A stretch of 64,000 bases of DNA. Origin: Candidatus Poribacteria bacterium (GTDB taxonomy: Bacteria > Poribacteria > WGA-4E > WGA-3G). Position 1 is the stretch's first letter, and every line of letters starts with the position of its first letter. Position numbers and translations under genes: made by a program. The notes below the pieces were generated by a model, which was not told where the DNA came from, did no database searches, and saw only the letters and a program-made list of their open reading frames with translations. The stretch lies in the NCBI GenBank assembly GCA_965205015.1, contig OZ242029.1:4928001-4992000 (forward strand), read 5' to 3'. Shown here piece by piece: positions 20,315 to 29,334 of this stretch.

Positions 20315-22309
20315 GTGAAACGTGTTCTTGTCTTTGTAGGTATCACCATCGCAATGCTATGTCAATTCAGCTGTTCGCCTGATGAACAGCAAATACAATC
20401 TGAAAACCCCATAACGAACGACGCAACAGGAGTTCTTAACGCCCCACGCTTTGTCGGCGACGTTGTTCTGGAAAATATGTACGAGGCGGAAGCTCGGACC
20501 CTGAGGAGTAAAACCCCCTTGGAAATCATTACCGTGCTTGAAGGCACCAGTAAAGTCATCCTTCAGGCGCGATTTCGATCCGTTCGGGACGGTCCCCTTG
20601 GAACCCCTGTCTATGAGTGCGAGCTGACAGATGAATCCGCAGAGGCGTTAGGGGGTGTTGCGGCAGGAATGTCGGGCAGTCCTGTCGGTCCCCCGGGACG
20701 TGTTATGGGTGCTCTCGCCTTCGCGTATTCGTATAGTAAGCCGCCGTATCGGTTCTTGGTCACCCCTATTGATTATATGGAAGCCGCAATAAACCACCCA
20801 ACGTTGGGTGAGTTTCTGGAAGAAGAAGCGGCGCCCGCGGCACCCGCACTGGCGATTAATTCCTTGTATAGTCCCGTTAAAACACCTATGATAATTACTG
20901 GGATTCAACCCCACAGGATTCAAGAACTTTCTCCACATTTCTCCGGCTCAAGATTCAATTTCGTTGAATTGCTTGGCGATATTGGGGGTGCCCCTGCAGC
21001 ACCGCCGGCGGGTGCCACAACACAACTCTCTGCGGGAGATATGATCGGTGCCGCCGTCGTCACAGGGGATATCATAAATCTCATTGGCTTTGGGACAGTG
21101 ACACAGGTTTACGACAATACATTTGTGGCGTTCGGTCATCCTTTGTTGGCTGATGGGAAGTCTGCCTTACCGATATACCGAGCCGTAACACACGGAATCG
21201 TGCCCCGTTTGGTACTATCAGCGAAATCTGTCTCGGCGTATGGAAACCCGATCGGGACGATAAGCAAAGACCTACACCCCGCGATTGTAGGGGAACTCGG
21301 TCGGGGACCGTCAATGATTCCGGTAAAGTTTTCTTATCGTCCTGCTAATAACACCGCAATAGAGAAACATCACGTTGTGGCGCATGGGCAAGAGTGGGCG
21401 ATTCCGGCTGTTGCGGCAGTAACGATGGATGCCATTCGGATGGAGCGGACTGCTGCAACAGTCGAAGGAACTGCGACGCTTCACTTTCAAGAAACCGAAA
21501 CCGTCTATACAGAAAAGTTCCGGGCTGCCTCTTCAAATCCGTTTTTAGATGTGTTCATAGGAACGGGTTCAATTATTAGTTCGTTTACGGATACGCTTAA
21601 AAACAGTGCCGGCAAAGCGACTTTGAAAGCAGTGTTGATTGACATCGTGGATAAACCTCAAATTGCCAAAGCCGAGATTGATGAAATTAGTGTACCCACT
21701 GAAGTGATGCCCGGGGAGAGCCTCACGGTTTCGATTGTACTACTCCCGCACTGGAGTACTGCCGGTGCAGAGCGGACGATTCAAAGAGACGTTATACTCG
21801 ACATCCCTGCCGACTTCCCCACAGGTGAAGCGACCCTCACGGTTTCCGCCGATGCATCGACTGCCAACACAGAATTTGAACGGCTCTTCAGGGACATTCT
21901 GGATGACATCTTGGATCGGGAAGAAGATGAGGAAAAACCGTTGCCCAGAAATCTGGACGAACTCATCCAGCAGAAAGAAGAGGATCAGGTGGATGCGGGG
22001 TTAATCACAATAACCCTTGAACCCTCGGGCTTTGGTGGATTACCCCTACCGGAAGGTTTCCCGTTGAACATCCCCGAAGATGGTGAGGCAGATGAAATTC
22101 CAGAGGGTTTCCCATTCCCAGACGGTTTCCCATTGCCAGAAGCCCTCCCAGTTCCAGATGATTCTGAGGAGGAAAACGTAGTGGAAACTGAACTCATCAT
22201 TGAAGACTTTATCGTGACCGGGTCTAAAGAAGCACAGATCACGATTAAAGTGGGAGATATAGGAGACGGTGTACTGCCAATAGAAGGTTTAGAAGGCGCA
22301 CAACAGTAA
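20315..22309 (+). CDS. SpoIVB-like peptidase S55 domain protein, probably a lipoprotein
   Basis: 'GGVAAGMSGSPV', 'VMGALAFA', 'GTVTQV...FVAFGHP'. GTG start after GGAGG, lipobox-like 'QFSC'. The ORF-track start lies inside the repeat and is rejected. Confidence 0.8.
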   Translation: MKRVLVFVGITIAMLCQFSCSPDEQQIQSENPITNDATGVLNAPRFVGDVVLENMYEAEARTLRSKTPLEIITVLEGTSKVILQARFRSVRDGPLGTPVYECELTDESAEALGGVAAGMSGSPVGPPGRVMGALAFAYSYSKPPYRFLVTPIDYMEAAINHPTLGEFLEEEAAPAAPALAINSLYSPVKTPMIITGIQPHRIQELSPHFSGSRFNFVELLGDIGGAPAAPPAGATTQLSAGDMIGAAVVTGDIINLIGFGTVTQVYDNTFVAFGHPLLADGKSALPIYRAVTHGIVPRLVLSAKSVSAYGNPIGTISKDLHPAIVGELGRGPSMIPVKFSYRPANNTAIEKHHVVAHGQEWAIPAVAAVTMDAIRMERTAATVEGTATLHFQETETVYTEKFRAASSNPFLDVFIGTGSIISSFTDTLKNSAGKATLKAVLIDIVDKPQIAKAEIDEISVPTEVMPGESLTVSIVLLPHWSTAGAERTIQRDVILDIPADFPTGEATLTVSADASTANTEFERLFRDILDDILDREEDEEKPLPRNLDELIQQKEEDQVDAGLITITLEPSGFGGLPLPEGFPLNIPEDGEADEIPEGFPFPDGFPLPEALPVPDDSEEENVVETELIIEDFIVTGSKEAQITIKVGDIGDGVLPIEGLEGAQQ

Positions 22310-22324
22310 TTTCAGAATCCTATT

Positions 22325-22354
22325 GTATGGACAGGTATCCGTGCCTGTCCATAC
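22325..22354. terminator. Hairpin after the S55 gene
   Basis: GTATGGACAGG / CCTGTCCATAC inverted repeat; no clear U-tract. Confidence 0.4.
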
Positions 22355-22396
22355 GGCATCAAACGTCTATCACCGATAACACGAAAAGGACAAACA

Positions 22397-23188
22397 ATGC
22401 AGCATTCTCTACGTTTCACAGTTTTTATACTTTTCGCGATTGCTGTTCAATTGTTGGGCTGCTCAGAAGACCCCGACACTGACACGACGCCTGTCGAAAA
22501 ACTTGTTGCCGAACCTATACCCCCTAAACCTACACCCGAAGACACGTTCACGAAACTAAAGATGTTGTTTCCAAAACCCATTTTTGATGGAGATTTCACA
22601 AGACTCGATGAGGTGACAACTTCTAAAACCTATTTGGACTTTGTTACCCAAGAATATAGAACAAAGAAACCATTTAAAACGTTGGCAGAGTACCTCGAGG
22701 TAGCCAAACCTGACCCGGAAAGATATAAACCCTTTTTGAAGGAATCTATCGGGAAATCCAAGGAAGAAGACATAGCCATTATTCATCAGCTAACTTTAGA
22801 TTACCGCTGTGCAAACGTAATACTGTATCAGATGATACACGGCGGTGAAGACAATATCAAAGATGGCCTCAATGCGATATTTGCTGTGCTGGAAAAAAAA
22901 TTATCAATCCTTGATGAAGCACCTGTAAAGGCTTGGATAGAAATACATCTACCAAATCCAGACCAAGCAAAAGAATTCTTCACTGCCCTTGAACATTTCG
23001 TAACTGAAACCGAAAGGAAGGACGCGCTTTTCATACAGGAACAGTTTGAGCAACACGGCAAAGATGATGGGCTTTTATGGCTCGCCGTGCACAACCCTGC
23101 GCTAACCGCAGAAATTCTCAATAATTTCACGAATACTAATGTGTTTCTGAGATGGACTGAAGGCATTTTTTTTCAACAAAATCCATAG
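22397..23188 (+). CDS. Hypothetical lipoprotein
   Basis: Signal peptide with lipobox 'LLGC'; helical; paralogous to 26145. Confidence 0.75.
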   Translation: MQHSLRFTVFILFAIAVQLLGCSEDPDTDTTPVEKLVAEPIPPKPTPEDTFTKLKMLFPKPIFDGDFTRLDEVTTSKTYLDFVTQEYRTKKPFKTLAEYLEVAKPDPERYKPFLKESIGKSKEEDIAIIHQLTLDYRCANVILYQMIHGGEDNIKDGLNAIFAVLEKKLSILDEAPVKAWIEIHLPNPDQAKEFFTALEHFVTETERKDALFIQEQFEQHGKDDGLLWLAVHNPALTAEILNNFTNTNVFLRWTEGIFFQQNP

Positions 23189-23361
23189 GAAAAACATATT
23201 CCGTTTCACTATTGCAGCCGAGCCGTTGTTGGAATTAAAGATTCCTCACAGGTTTGGCTGTTCTTGTTTTGCTGATAAACTGGATTTCTGGGTCAACTGG
23301 AACATCTAATTGAGCGTTACAGTCTGCAATTCAAGTTCCAAGTAGAGGGAAAAAATTTTTC

Positions 23362-26061
23362 ATGAAATTTTGCTTATATTTTACGCTGTGTGTTACGCTC
23401 ATGATGCCGTTCTCTGTTTCCGCGGAAACGGACAATTCTGAAGAAAACTTGACGCCGAAAAGGAAAAGAAGCATCTGGCAGCGCGTCTTTCCCCGCACAG
23501 GTGATATAGAAGGCACTGTCTACCAACGCGATACCGATGCCCGATTGGTTGAAGCAGAGGTGTATATCGTTGAAACCGATCAGCAGCGAAAAACAGGTAA
23601 AGACGGAACGTTCCACTTTACCGAAATCCCCGTCGGAACATATACGCTGTCCATATCCCATCCAACTCACAATACCTCCACAGAAATTCCGATTAAGATT
23701 CGCGCAGGTGAGACGCTCCGCGGGAGATTTTACCTTGGCGCAGCGGTTCCATTTATCAACACTACCGATAGCGGAGATATAGACGGGTATGTTTACAGCC
23801 AAATAACAGGAAAACCGCTTGCTGAGGCAGAGGTCCGTTTCATCGAAATTGACGTCTCTGGCAGAACGGATGCCGCTGGAAACTTTCGGTTTATCGCTAT
23901 CGTTCCTGGGACTTATACTTTGTCGATTACACACGCGACACACAAGATACCGACGACTACCACAGTAGCGGTAACAGCAGGGGATACCACGCAGGTAAAG
24001 ATATACCTCGGCACAGGGATAAGACTTGAAACGGTTGTTGTAGAGGGGCAACGTCTCCCCCCAACGATAAGCCGCAAAGAGATCCGCGGCAGCGAACTGA
24101 TCCGGATTCCCGGCACCGGCCGTGATGCGCTCAAAGGACTCACGACGCTGCCGAGCATCGGTATCCCCAACGATCTTTTTGGTATTCTCTATATCCGCGG
24201 GAGTGCACCTGGGGAGACGCTTCTCTATTTCGACAGAACGCCACTCGGTTATCCGTTTCACTATGCCGGACTTTTCTCAACAATTAACTCCGATAGTATT
24301 GAGGACATCCGTATCTATGCCGGTGGGTACGGTGCTGAATTTGGGTTGGATTCACAATCGGTTATAGACATCCGTTCGCGCGAAGCGTTAGAAAAGAGAT
24401 GGGCGGGTGTGCTTAATCTGGACATTATATCGCCCTCTGGGTTTCTTGAAGCCAAAATTGGGGACAAAGGCTACGCGTCTGTCGCTGGACGATTCACCAT
24501 CTATAATCTCATACTGGGACTTTTCTTTGACTGGACATTTCCGACCTGGTCAGACTATCAACTTAAATTTGCTTATCAACTCACGGAAAAGCATCACCTC
24601 ACGCTCAACGGTTTAGGCGCGACAGATCATTTTGACTTCTCTAACTTTGGATCGGAAGAATCAGAAGAAATAGATGATGTTTCCGCCTATTTTAAAAACG
24701 GATTTGAAGCGGAAGGCATTCACCTCCGTTCTGATTTCACTGACAAACTCACGTCTCATCTCTCTCTGACGCGTTCCCACAACTTTCTCAATATCCACTT
24801 CGGCGACACCTCACGTCAAGAGGACAAGCCTGAAAGTGAAAGTTTCATCTACAGTGTGAAGGTTAACGTCCCGACCTATACCCTTCGCGAAGACGTGTCC
24901 TACACATTAACGCCAACGCTTCAATTAGAGCCTGGATTTCTCCTTGCCTTTAGTCCAGCCAAGAGTCTCACATGGACCTCGTCTGCAGGAAACATAGATT
25001 TTGAGGCTGACGAGGAACCTTCATGGACACAGAAATCTGACGAATTTAATTACACGTTTCGACGTGCTGAGGGCTACTTACAAGCGCGCTACGATCCGTT
25101 ATCGTTTTTGTCAGTCGCCCTTGGAACGCGATTCGATTACCTCAATCTGACGGAAGAGCTCTCAATCCAGCCGCGCGGGAGTCTTAGCCTCACACTGCCA
25201 TCAACTTCCACGCTTCGGTTCGCTTACGGCAGATATGAACAGAGTCCGTTAGCATATCAGGTGCTAAAGGCAGATGGAAACCGATCCCTAAAATCGAGCC
25301 TGACCGAACATTATATCATGGCGTTAGAACACCAACTATCCCCACAAACGGAACTCAAGTTCGCGCTTTATTACAAAGACATGGAAAAATTAGTTACGCG
25401 GTCTGTCAATATTGAAACACTCTTTGAGGATTCGGATGCCGCGGTTACAACAGGTTATTTCAATCAGGGTGTCGGGTTTGTGAGTGGGGCGGAGATATTC
25501 CTGCGGCATCGTGTCAGCGAAAAATTCTTTGGATGGGTATCTTATGCCTATACCCATGTCGAGCGACGTGAGACCCCGGACGCCGCTTACAAACCGTTTC
25601 TCTTCAATAATACACACATTGTCAGCATCGTTGCCAACTACAGTCCAACGACGAAAACAGAGATCGGCGCGAAGTGGCAATATTCCAGCGGCACCACCGC
25701 AGTTCCCTTAAGCAATCTCATCACGGTTCAAGACCCTGTGACGGCGGGAATGCATCCACTCATCTCTGATGTTGCCGGCGCGATTTTTCCGACAGAATTC
25801 CCGTCTTATCACCGCTTGGATCTCCGTTTTAGCGAGAAAAGAAAGTGGTGGGGACTCCCTTTGACAGCATATACCGAGATTTTGAATGTCTACAATAAAA
25901 AAAATAAAATAAGATTCCGTTTGGCTGATAGTCTTCTGGAGGAACTTGAAACCTTGGAACTTGAGGCGGACACGGATGAACTGGGTTTTGAAATCAGTGA
26001 GTATTTTGAAATCCCTCAACTTCGCTTTACCTTTTCTGCCGGACTCATCTATGAATTTTGA
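23362..26061 (+). CDS. TonB-dependent receptor with two N-terminal carboxypeptidase-regulatory-like domains
   Basis: Duplicated 'GDI.G.VY...G.F.F..I..GTYTLSI.H.TH' domains, 'LETVVVEG', plug 'LYIRGSAP...GGYGAEFG', barrel ending in 'LIYEF'. Confidence 0.88.
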   Translation: MKFCLYFTLCVTLMMPFSVSAETDNSEENLTPKRKRSIWQRVFPRTGDIEGTVYQRDTDARLVEAEVYIVETDQQRKTGKDGTFHFTEIPVGTYTLSISHPTHNTSTEIPIKIRAGETLRGRFYLGAAVPFINTTDSGDIDGYVYSQITGKPLAEAEVRFIEIDVSGRTDAAGNFRFIAIVPGTYTLSITHATHKIPTTTTVAVTAGDTTQVKIYLGTGIRLETVVVEGQRLPPTISRKEIRGSELIRIPGTGRDALKGLTTLPSIGIPNDLFGILYIRGSAPGETLLYFDRTPLGYPFHYAGLFSTINSDSIEDIRIYAGGYGAEFGLDSQSVIDIRSREALEKRWAGVLNLDIISPSGFLEAKIGDKGYASVAGRFTIYNLILGLFFDWTFPTWSDYQLKFAYQLTEKHHLTLNGLGATDHFDFSNFGSEESEEIDDVSAYFKNGFEAEGIHLRSDFTDKLTSHLSLTRSHNFLNIHFGDTSRQEDKPESESFIYSVKVNVPTYTLREDVSYTLTPTLQLEPGFLLAFSPAKSLTWTSSAGNIDFEADEEPSWTQKSDEFNYTFRRAEGYLQARYDPLSFLSVALGTRFDYLNLTEELSIQPRGSLSLTLPSTSTLRFAYGRYEQSPLAYQVLKADGNRSLKSSLTEHYIMALEHQLSPQTELKFALYYKDMEKLVTRSVNIETLFEDSDAAVTTGYFNQGVGFVSGAEIFLRHRVSEKFFGWVSYAYTHVERRETPDAAYKPFLFNNTHIVSIVANYSPTTKTEIGAKWQYSSGTTAVPLSNLITVQDPVTAGMHPLISDVAGAIFPTEFPSYHRLDLRFSEKRKWWGLPLTAYTEILNVYNKKNKIRFRLADSLLEELETLELEADTDELGFEISEYFEIPQLRFTFSAGLIYEF

Positions 26062-26144
26062 TATGCTTACTTAAAAGGTGGCAATCCATCCCCAAAGATG
26101 CTATGATGCCGTTATAATATTCAAGAATAAAGGGGAGACCCCAG

Positions 26145-26951
26145 ATGAAAAAACCGGTCGTTCTGATTCTTATCGGTATCGGCGTTGCACTTCTCGTTGT
26201 CGGGATCGTCTTTGTCGTTCCGTGGTTCGGTAAAATGATGGACGAAATGGAACAGTTAGCCGATAAGCACGTGCAACACAGGCAGGCTTTAAGAATGTCT
26301 GCACGCGAACCGTTGACGGATGAACAGGAAAACCTTTTGTCCCAACTTCTCAAAATCACACAGGCACCAGATGCGGGGCAAAAAAACGATTTTGACGGTA
26401 TCCTGTCAAGCGAACCCTATCTAACATATCTAAAGGCGCGGGAAGGGGAAGACTACGCAGATTTTCGAGCATACGTCGAGGCAATGCCGACAGAAAACAT
26501 GAAAACCATTGCGCTCTCCCGAATCAAAGCCACACTCGGAACGGATAAAAGCGATGAAGAATTAGACGTATGGACGGATTACTATTTCATCGTCCGAGCG
26601 TGGGGAATCACCGTTGAAGATCCGCGGGACAATCTGAAAGAACTCAATGAACTCCATCAAACATACCTCATAGAGCCGCTAATGAACAGCGGTTCAGACA
26701 TATCCGACCTGCATACCCAAATCGTCCAAATCGGTATGTCCTCTATATTCATGACAGAGGAAAATAACGTGTTCAAAGAGGCGTGGCGTGAACGCTTAGA
26801 AAGATATGGCGAACAAGAAGGACTCCTCCGATGCGCGATTGCGGCTCCAGGTGAATTCGCGCTCATGTGCTCGTTTTTTCCAGACTTCGCAACCTTCCAC
26901 GAATGGATACTCACACGTCCAGAACCTGAATCCGAAGAATCAGAACAATAG
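26145..26951 (+). CDS. Hypothetical N-terminally membrane-anchored protein
   Basis: N-terminal TM helix, RBS GGGAGA; C-terminus similar to 22397. Confidence 0.75.
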   Translation: MKKPVVLILIGIGVALLVVGIVFVVPWFGKMMDEMEQLADKHVQHRQALRMSAREPLTDEQENLLSQLLKITQAPDAGQKNDFDGILSSEPYLTYLKAREGEDYADFRAYVEAMPTENMKTIALSRIKATLGTDKSDEELDVWTDYYFIVRAWGITVEDPRDNLKELNELHQTYLIEPLMNSGSDISDLHTQIVQIGMSSIFMTEENNVFKEAWRERLERYGEQEGLLRCAIAAPGEFALMCSFFPDFATFHEWILTRPEPESEESEQ

Positions 26952-27046
26952 TATCCACCACAACACCGGCACCCGAGATGTGAGGGTTCTTTCCAATTTC
27001 AAACAATTTTGCCATCTTTTCGATAAAAATCCAGATTTTTTTCGCT

Positions 27047-27083
27047 TTATGCACCCTTTTCGGCGCGAACCTGTATCATTAAT
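27047..27083 (+). promoter_or_regulatory. Candidate ECF-type promoter, copy 3
   Basis: TTATGCACC-N17-GTATCATTAAT, with the same box-to-box distance as copies 1 and 2. Confidence 0.55.
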
Positions 27084-27276
27084 TATAAAAGGGGCATATA
27101 TCACCTCACGGAAAAATGAACGGTAGCGTTTCTGAAATTTTTCCGCCCCGATATTTGATGTCAATGATAGCCGAATTGTCGGCAACGTTTAAAACGCGTC
27201 ATTAGGATATAGACGCAGATTATCAAAGGTTAAACTTTAAACACGAGGCGACATAACGTCTCTGGGGGAAAAAAAA

Positions 27277-28299
27277 ATGAAAAGCATTTTTCACGGTAGA
27301 AAAACTCTCGCAAGGCTTTCACTCTTCGCAACTTTAGGACTCGCCATTCTTTGGGGTGTCTCTCTCTATTTATCTGCACACGGTCATGAAATTGGAGCGT
27401 CGAATATGCAGTTACGTGAACACATTGAACTCGACTCCAACGCACCGTTCGCGAATAAAAAGTATACCGGTCCCCAAAACGCGCAGGAATTGATGAAAGC
27501 GTTAGATGCAGATTACGATAAGAGCCTGGCAAAGACCAGTGTGAGTGTATCCGGTAAGTTCACAGGGGCAAAAACTGTGACTTATAGTAGTGATCTCACA
27601 ATACGTGAGATAGATGCAAGGTATCCACGGGCGGAATGGCTTCAGCTCCTTTTGGAGAAGGGCATCACTATAGATGATTCCCTCGAGTATGCGTCCTTGT
27701 TGTCAAAGCGTTACACTCTGGCACTCTTGGAAGACAATCCAGATTTGCGGCAGTCAGGATTCCTCGGTATTCCAGCAACGGATGATTGGGAAACCTATAA
27801 AGTCGCTTACATCGATAAGTTGGTAAACGATCACACCAAGATCCAAGAAGCCGTAGAACAGGTTGAACGCAGTAAGAAGGTAATTGAGGGTGCGAAAACG
27901 CAGATTCAACAGATTCAAGCGCACACTAAACTCGCCATTGGATGTGGCACAGCACACCTTGAACGTGCCATGACTCAACTCGAGCGTAGCACAGCACACC
28001 TTGAACATGCGAAACCACAGATTGAACAGAGTCAAGCGCATGCTAAACTCGCCATCGAATGCAGTAAGGCGGTAGTTGAAGATGCCAAGACACAGATTCA
28101 ACATAGCAAAGCGCAAATTGAACGCGCTATGACTCAACTCGAACATAGCATAACTCAACTTGAACGTGCAAAAAAAGAGTTGAGTTCACAACAACTCGGA
28201 CACATCCAGAAGCAGATTGAGCATATACAACGGACTTTAGTCCCACCCAAAAAACCGGCACCTGCGCAGGAATCGATTCCTCCGCAGGGGTCAAACTAA
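27277..28299 (+). CDS. Exported hypothetical protein with C-terminal heptad/coiled-coil repeats
   Basis: Signal/TM N-terminus; repeated 'ERAMTQLE', 'QAHxKLAIxC', 'AKTQIQ'. Confidence 0.75.
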   Translation: MKSIFHGRKTLARLSLFATLGLAILWGVSLYLSAHGHEIGASNMQLREHIELDSNAPFANKKYTGPQNAQELMKALDADYDKSLAKTSVSVSGKFTGAKTVTYSSDLTIREIDARYPRAEWLQLLLEKGITIDDSLEYASLLSKRYTLALLEDNPDLRQSGFLGIPATDDWETYKVAYIDKLVNDHTKIQEAVEQVERSKKVIEGAKTQIQQIQAHTKLAIGCGTAHLERAMTQLERSTAHLEHAKPQIEQSQAHAKLAIECSKAVVEDAKTQIQHSKAQIERAMTQLEHSITQLERAKKELSSQQLGHIQKQIEHIQRTLVPPKKPAPAQESIPPQGSN

Positions 28300-28465
28300 A
28301 ATTTCTGTTCTGTGGATATTGCGAGGCTTACGCACTGTCCGTTTCTCTGGATGCCGTCTAAGCAAACAACAGAGGCACGGTATTCGCGTAAGCTTTGCTT
28401 AAAAACGCCTTAGATTTCTGGTAGCATAGATGTGGCGTCGATCAATTTTCTATTATTTTTTAAGG

Positions 28466-28502
28466 TTATGCACCCTTTCCGTTTGAAAAAAGTATCTTTA
28501 AT
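28466..28502 (+). promoter_or_regulatory. Candidate ECF-type promoter, copy 4
   Basis: TTATGCACC-N17-GTATCTTTAAT upstream of the 28580-29335 unit. Confidence 0.55.
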
Positions 28503-28579
28503 TATAAAATAGCTTGAGCAACGTAGAACGGTATTTCAAATCGGCGTGTTATCAATAACACGAAAAAAGGAACGACATC

Positions 28580-29302
28580 ATGAAAATTTTAAGCATTGGA
28601 TTGGGCGTATTTATCCTAACTTGTTCTGCTTGGGCAGGAACATTTGTGGAGACCTTCAATGACAACGGAAATCTCGAAAAGTGGCAGGAGCTGATCAGAT
28701 TCGGTTTAGATGCGCCCGGTCCTTGGCATATTGTTGATGGCGAACTTCAGTATATCCTGGACTTTGATGATGGCGGCTTGACTCGTTTACTTACGACTGG
28801 GGATGAAATGTGGCAAGATTACAGCATCGAATTTGATGTTAAACCCCTTAGAAAACACGGGGAGGGAAACATTGCGATTGCCGCGCGAATTAATCAGACA
28901 TGGGGAGTCGTATGCACGATTGGCGACCTACCCTTCCCCGAACCTGAATCAATGGCGACCTGTTATGGCGGCAATTTGCAAGGGCATGCTTTTCTAAACT
29001 TTGCACAGGAACGTCATCGCTCGTTGAAACCGTCGAGATGGCATCATCTGAAGTTGAGCGTTAAGGGAAATCTCTTGACTTTCTGGATTAATGAAAAGCA
29101 AGTTCTCGGACCGATAGTTTTGAAAGCTATAGGCAATTTTCCTGACTACCCTAATGGTAAAGTCGGTTTCGGGGTCTCGAATTATTCGGTACTCTTTGAT
29201 AATATTACCATTACTGGTGCCGATATTCCACATCAGCGTGGGTTATCCGTAACACCGAGCGCAAAACTTGCGACCACCTGGGGACACTTGAAGCAGCTTT
29301 AG
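28580..29302 (+). CDS. Secreted ConA-like / DUF1080-like protein with C-terminal KLAxTW motif
   Basis: Signal peptide, 'WHIVDGEL', 'WQDYSIEFDVK', 'WHHLKLSVKG', 'GKVGFG...FDNITIT'; ends 'LSVTPSAKLATTWGHLKQL'. Confidence 0.75.
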   Translation: MKILSIGLGVFILTCSAWAGTFVETFNDNGNLEKWQELIRFGLDAPGPWHIVDGELQYILDFDDGGLTRLLTTGDEMWQDYSIEFDVKPLRKHGEGNIAIAARINQTWGVVCTIGDLPFPEPESMATCYGGNLQGHAFLNFAQERHRSLKPSRWHHLKLSVKGNLLTFWINEKQVLGPIVLKAIGNFPDYPNGKVGFGVSNYSVLFDNITITGADIPHQRGLSVTPSAKLATTWGHLKQL

Positions 29303-29334
29303 AGCAGTGGAAATACATTGAATGGAGGATTCTG

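Noticed and set aside
23189-23361. Cobalamin or other riboswitch upstream of the TonB receptor
   Set aside because: A hairpin is present, but I could not find the conserved riboswitch core motifs; an Rfam scan would settle it.
23374-24261. 295-aa antisense ORF
   Set aside because: It lies fully opposite the TonB receptor and shows no recognisable motifs; treated as a shadow ORF like the other short overlapping ORFs.
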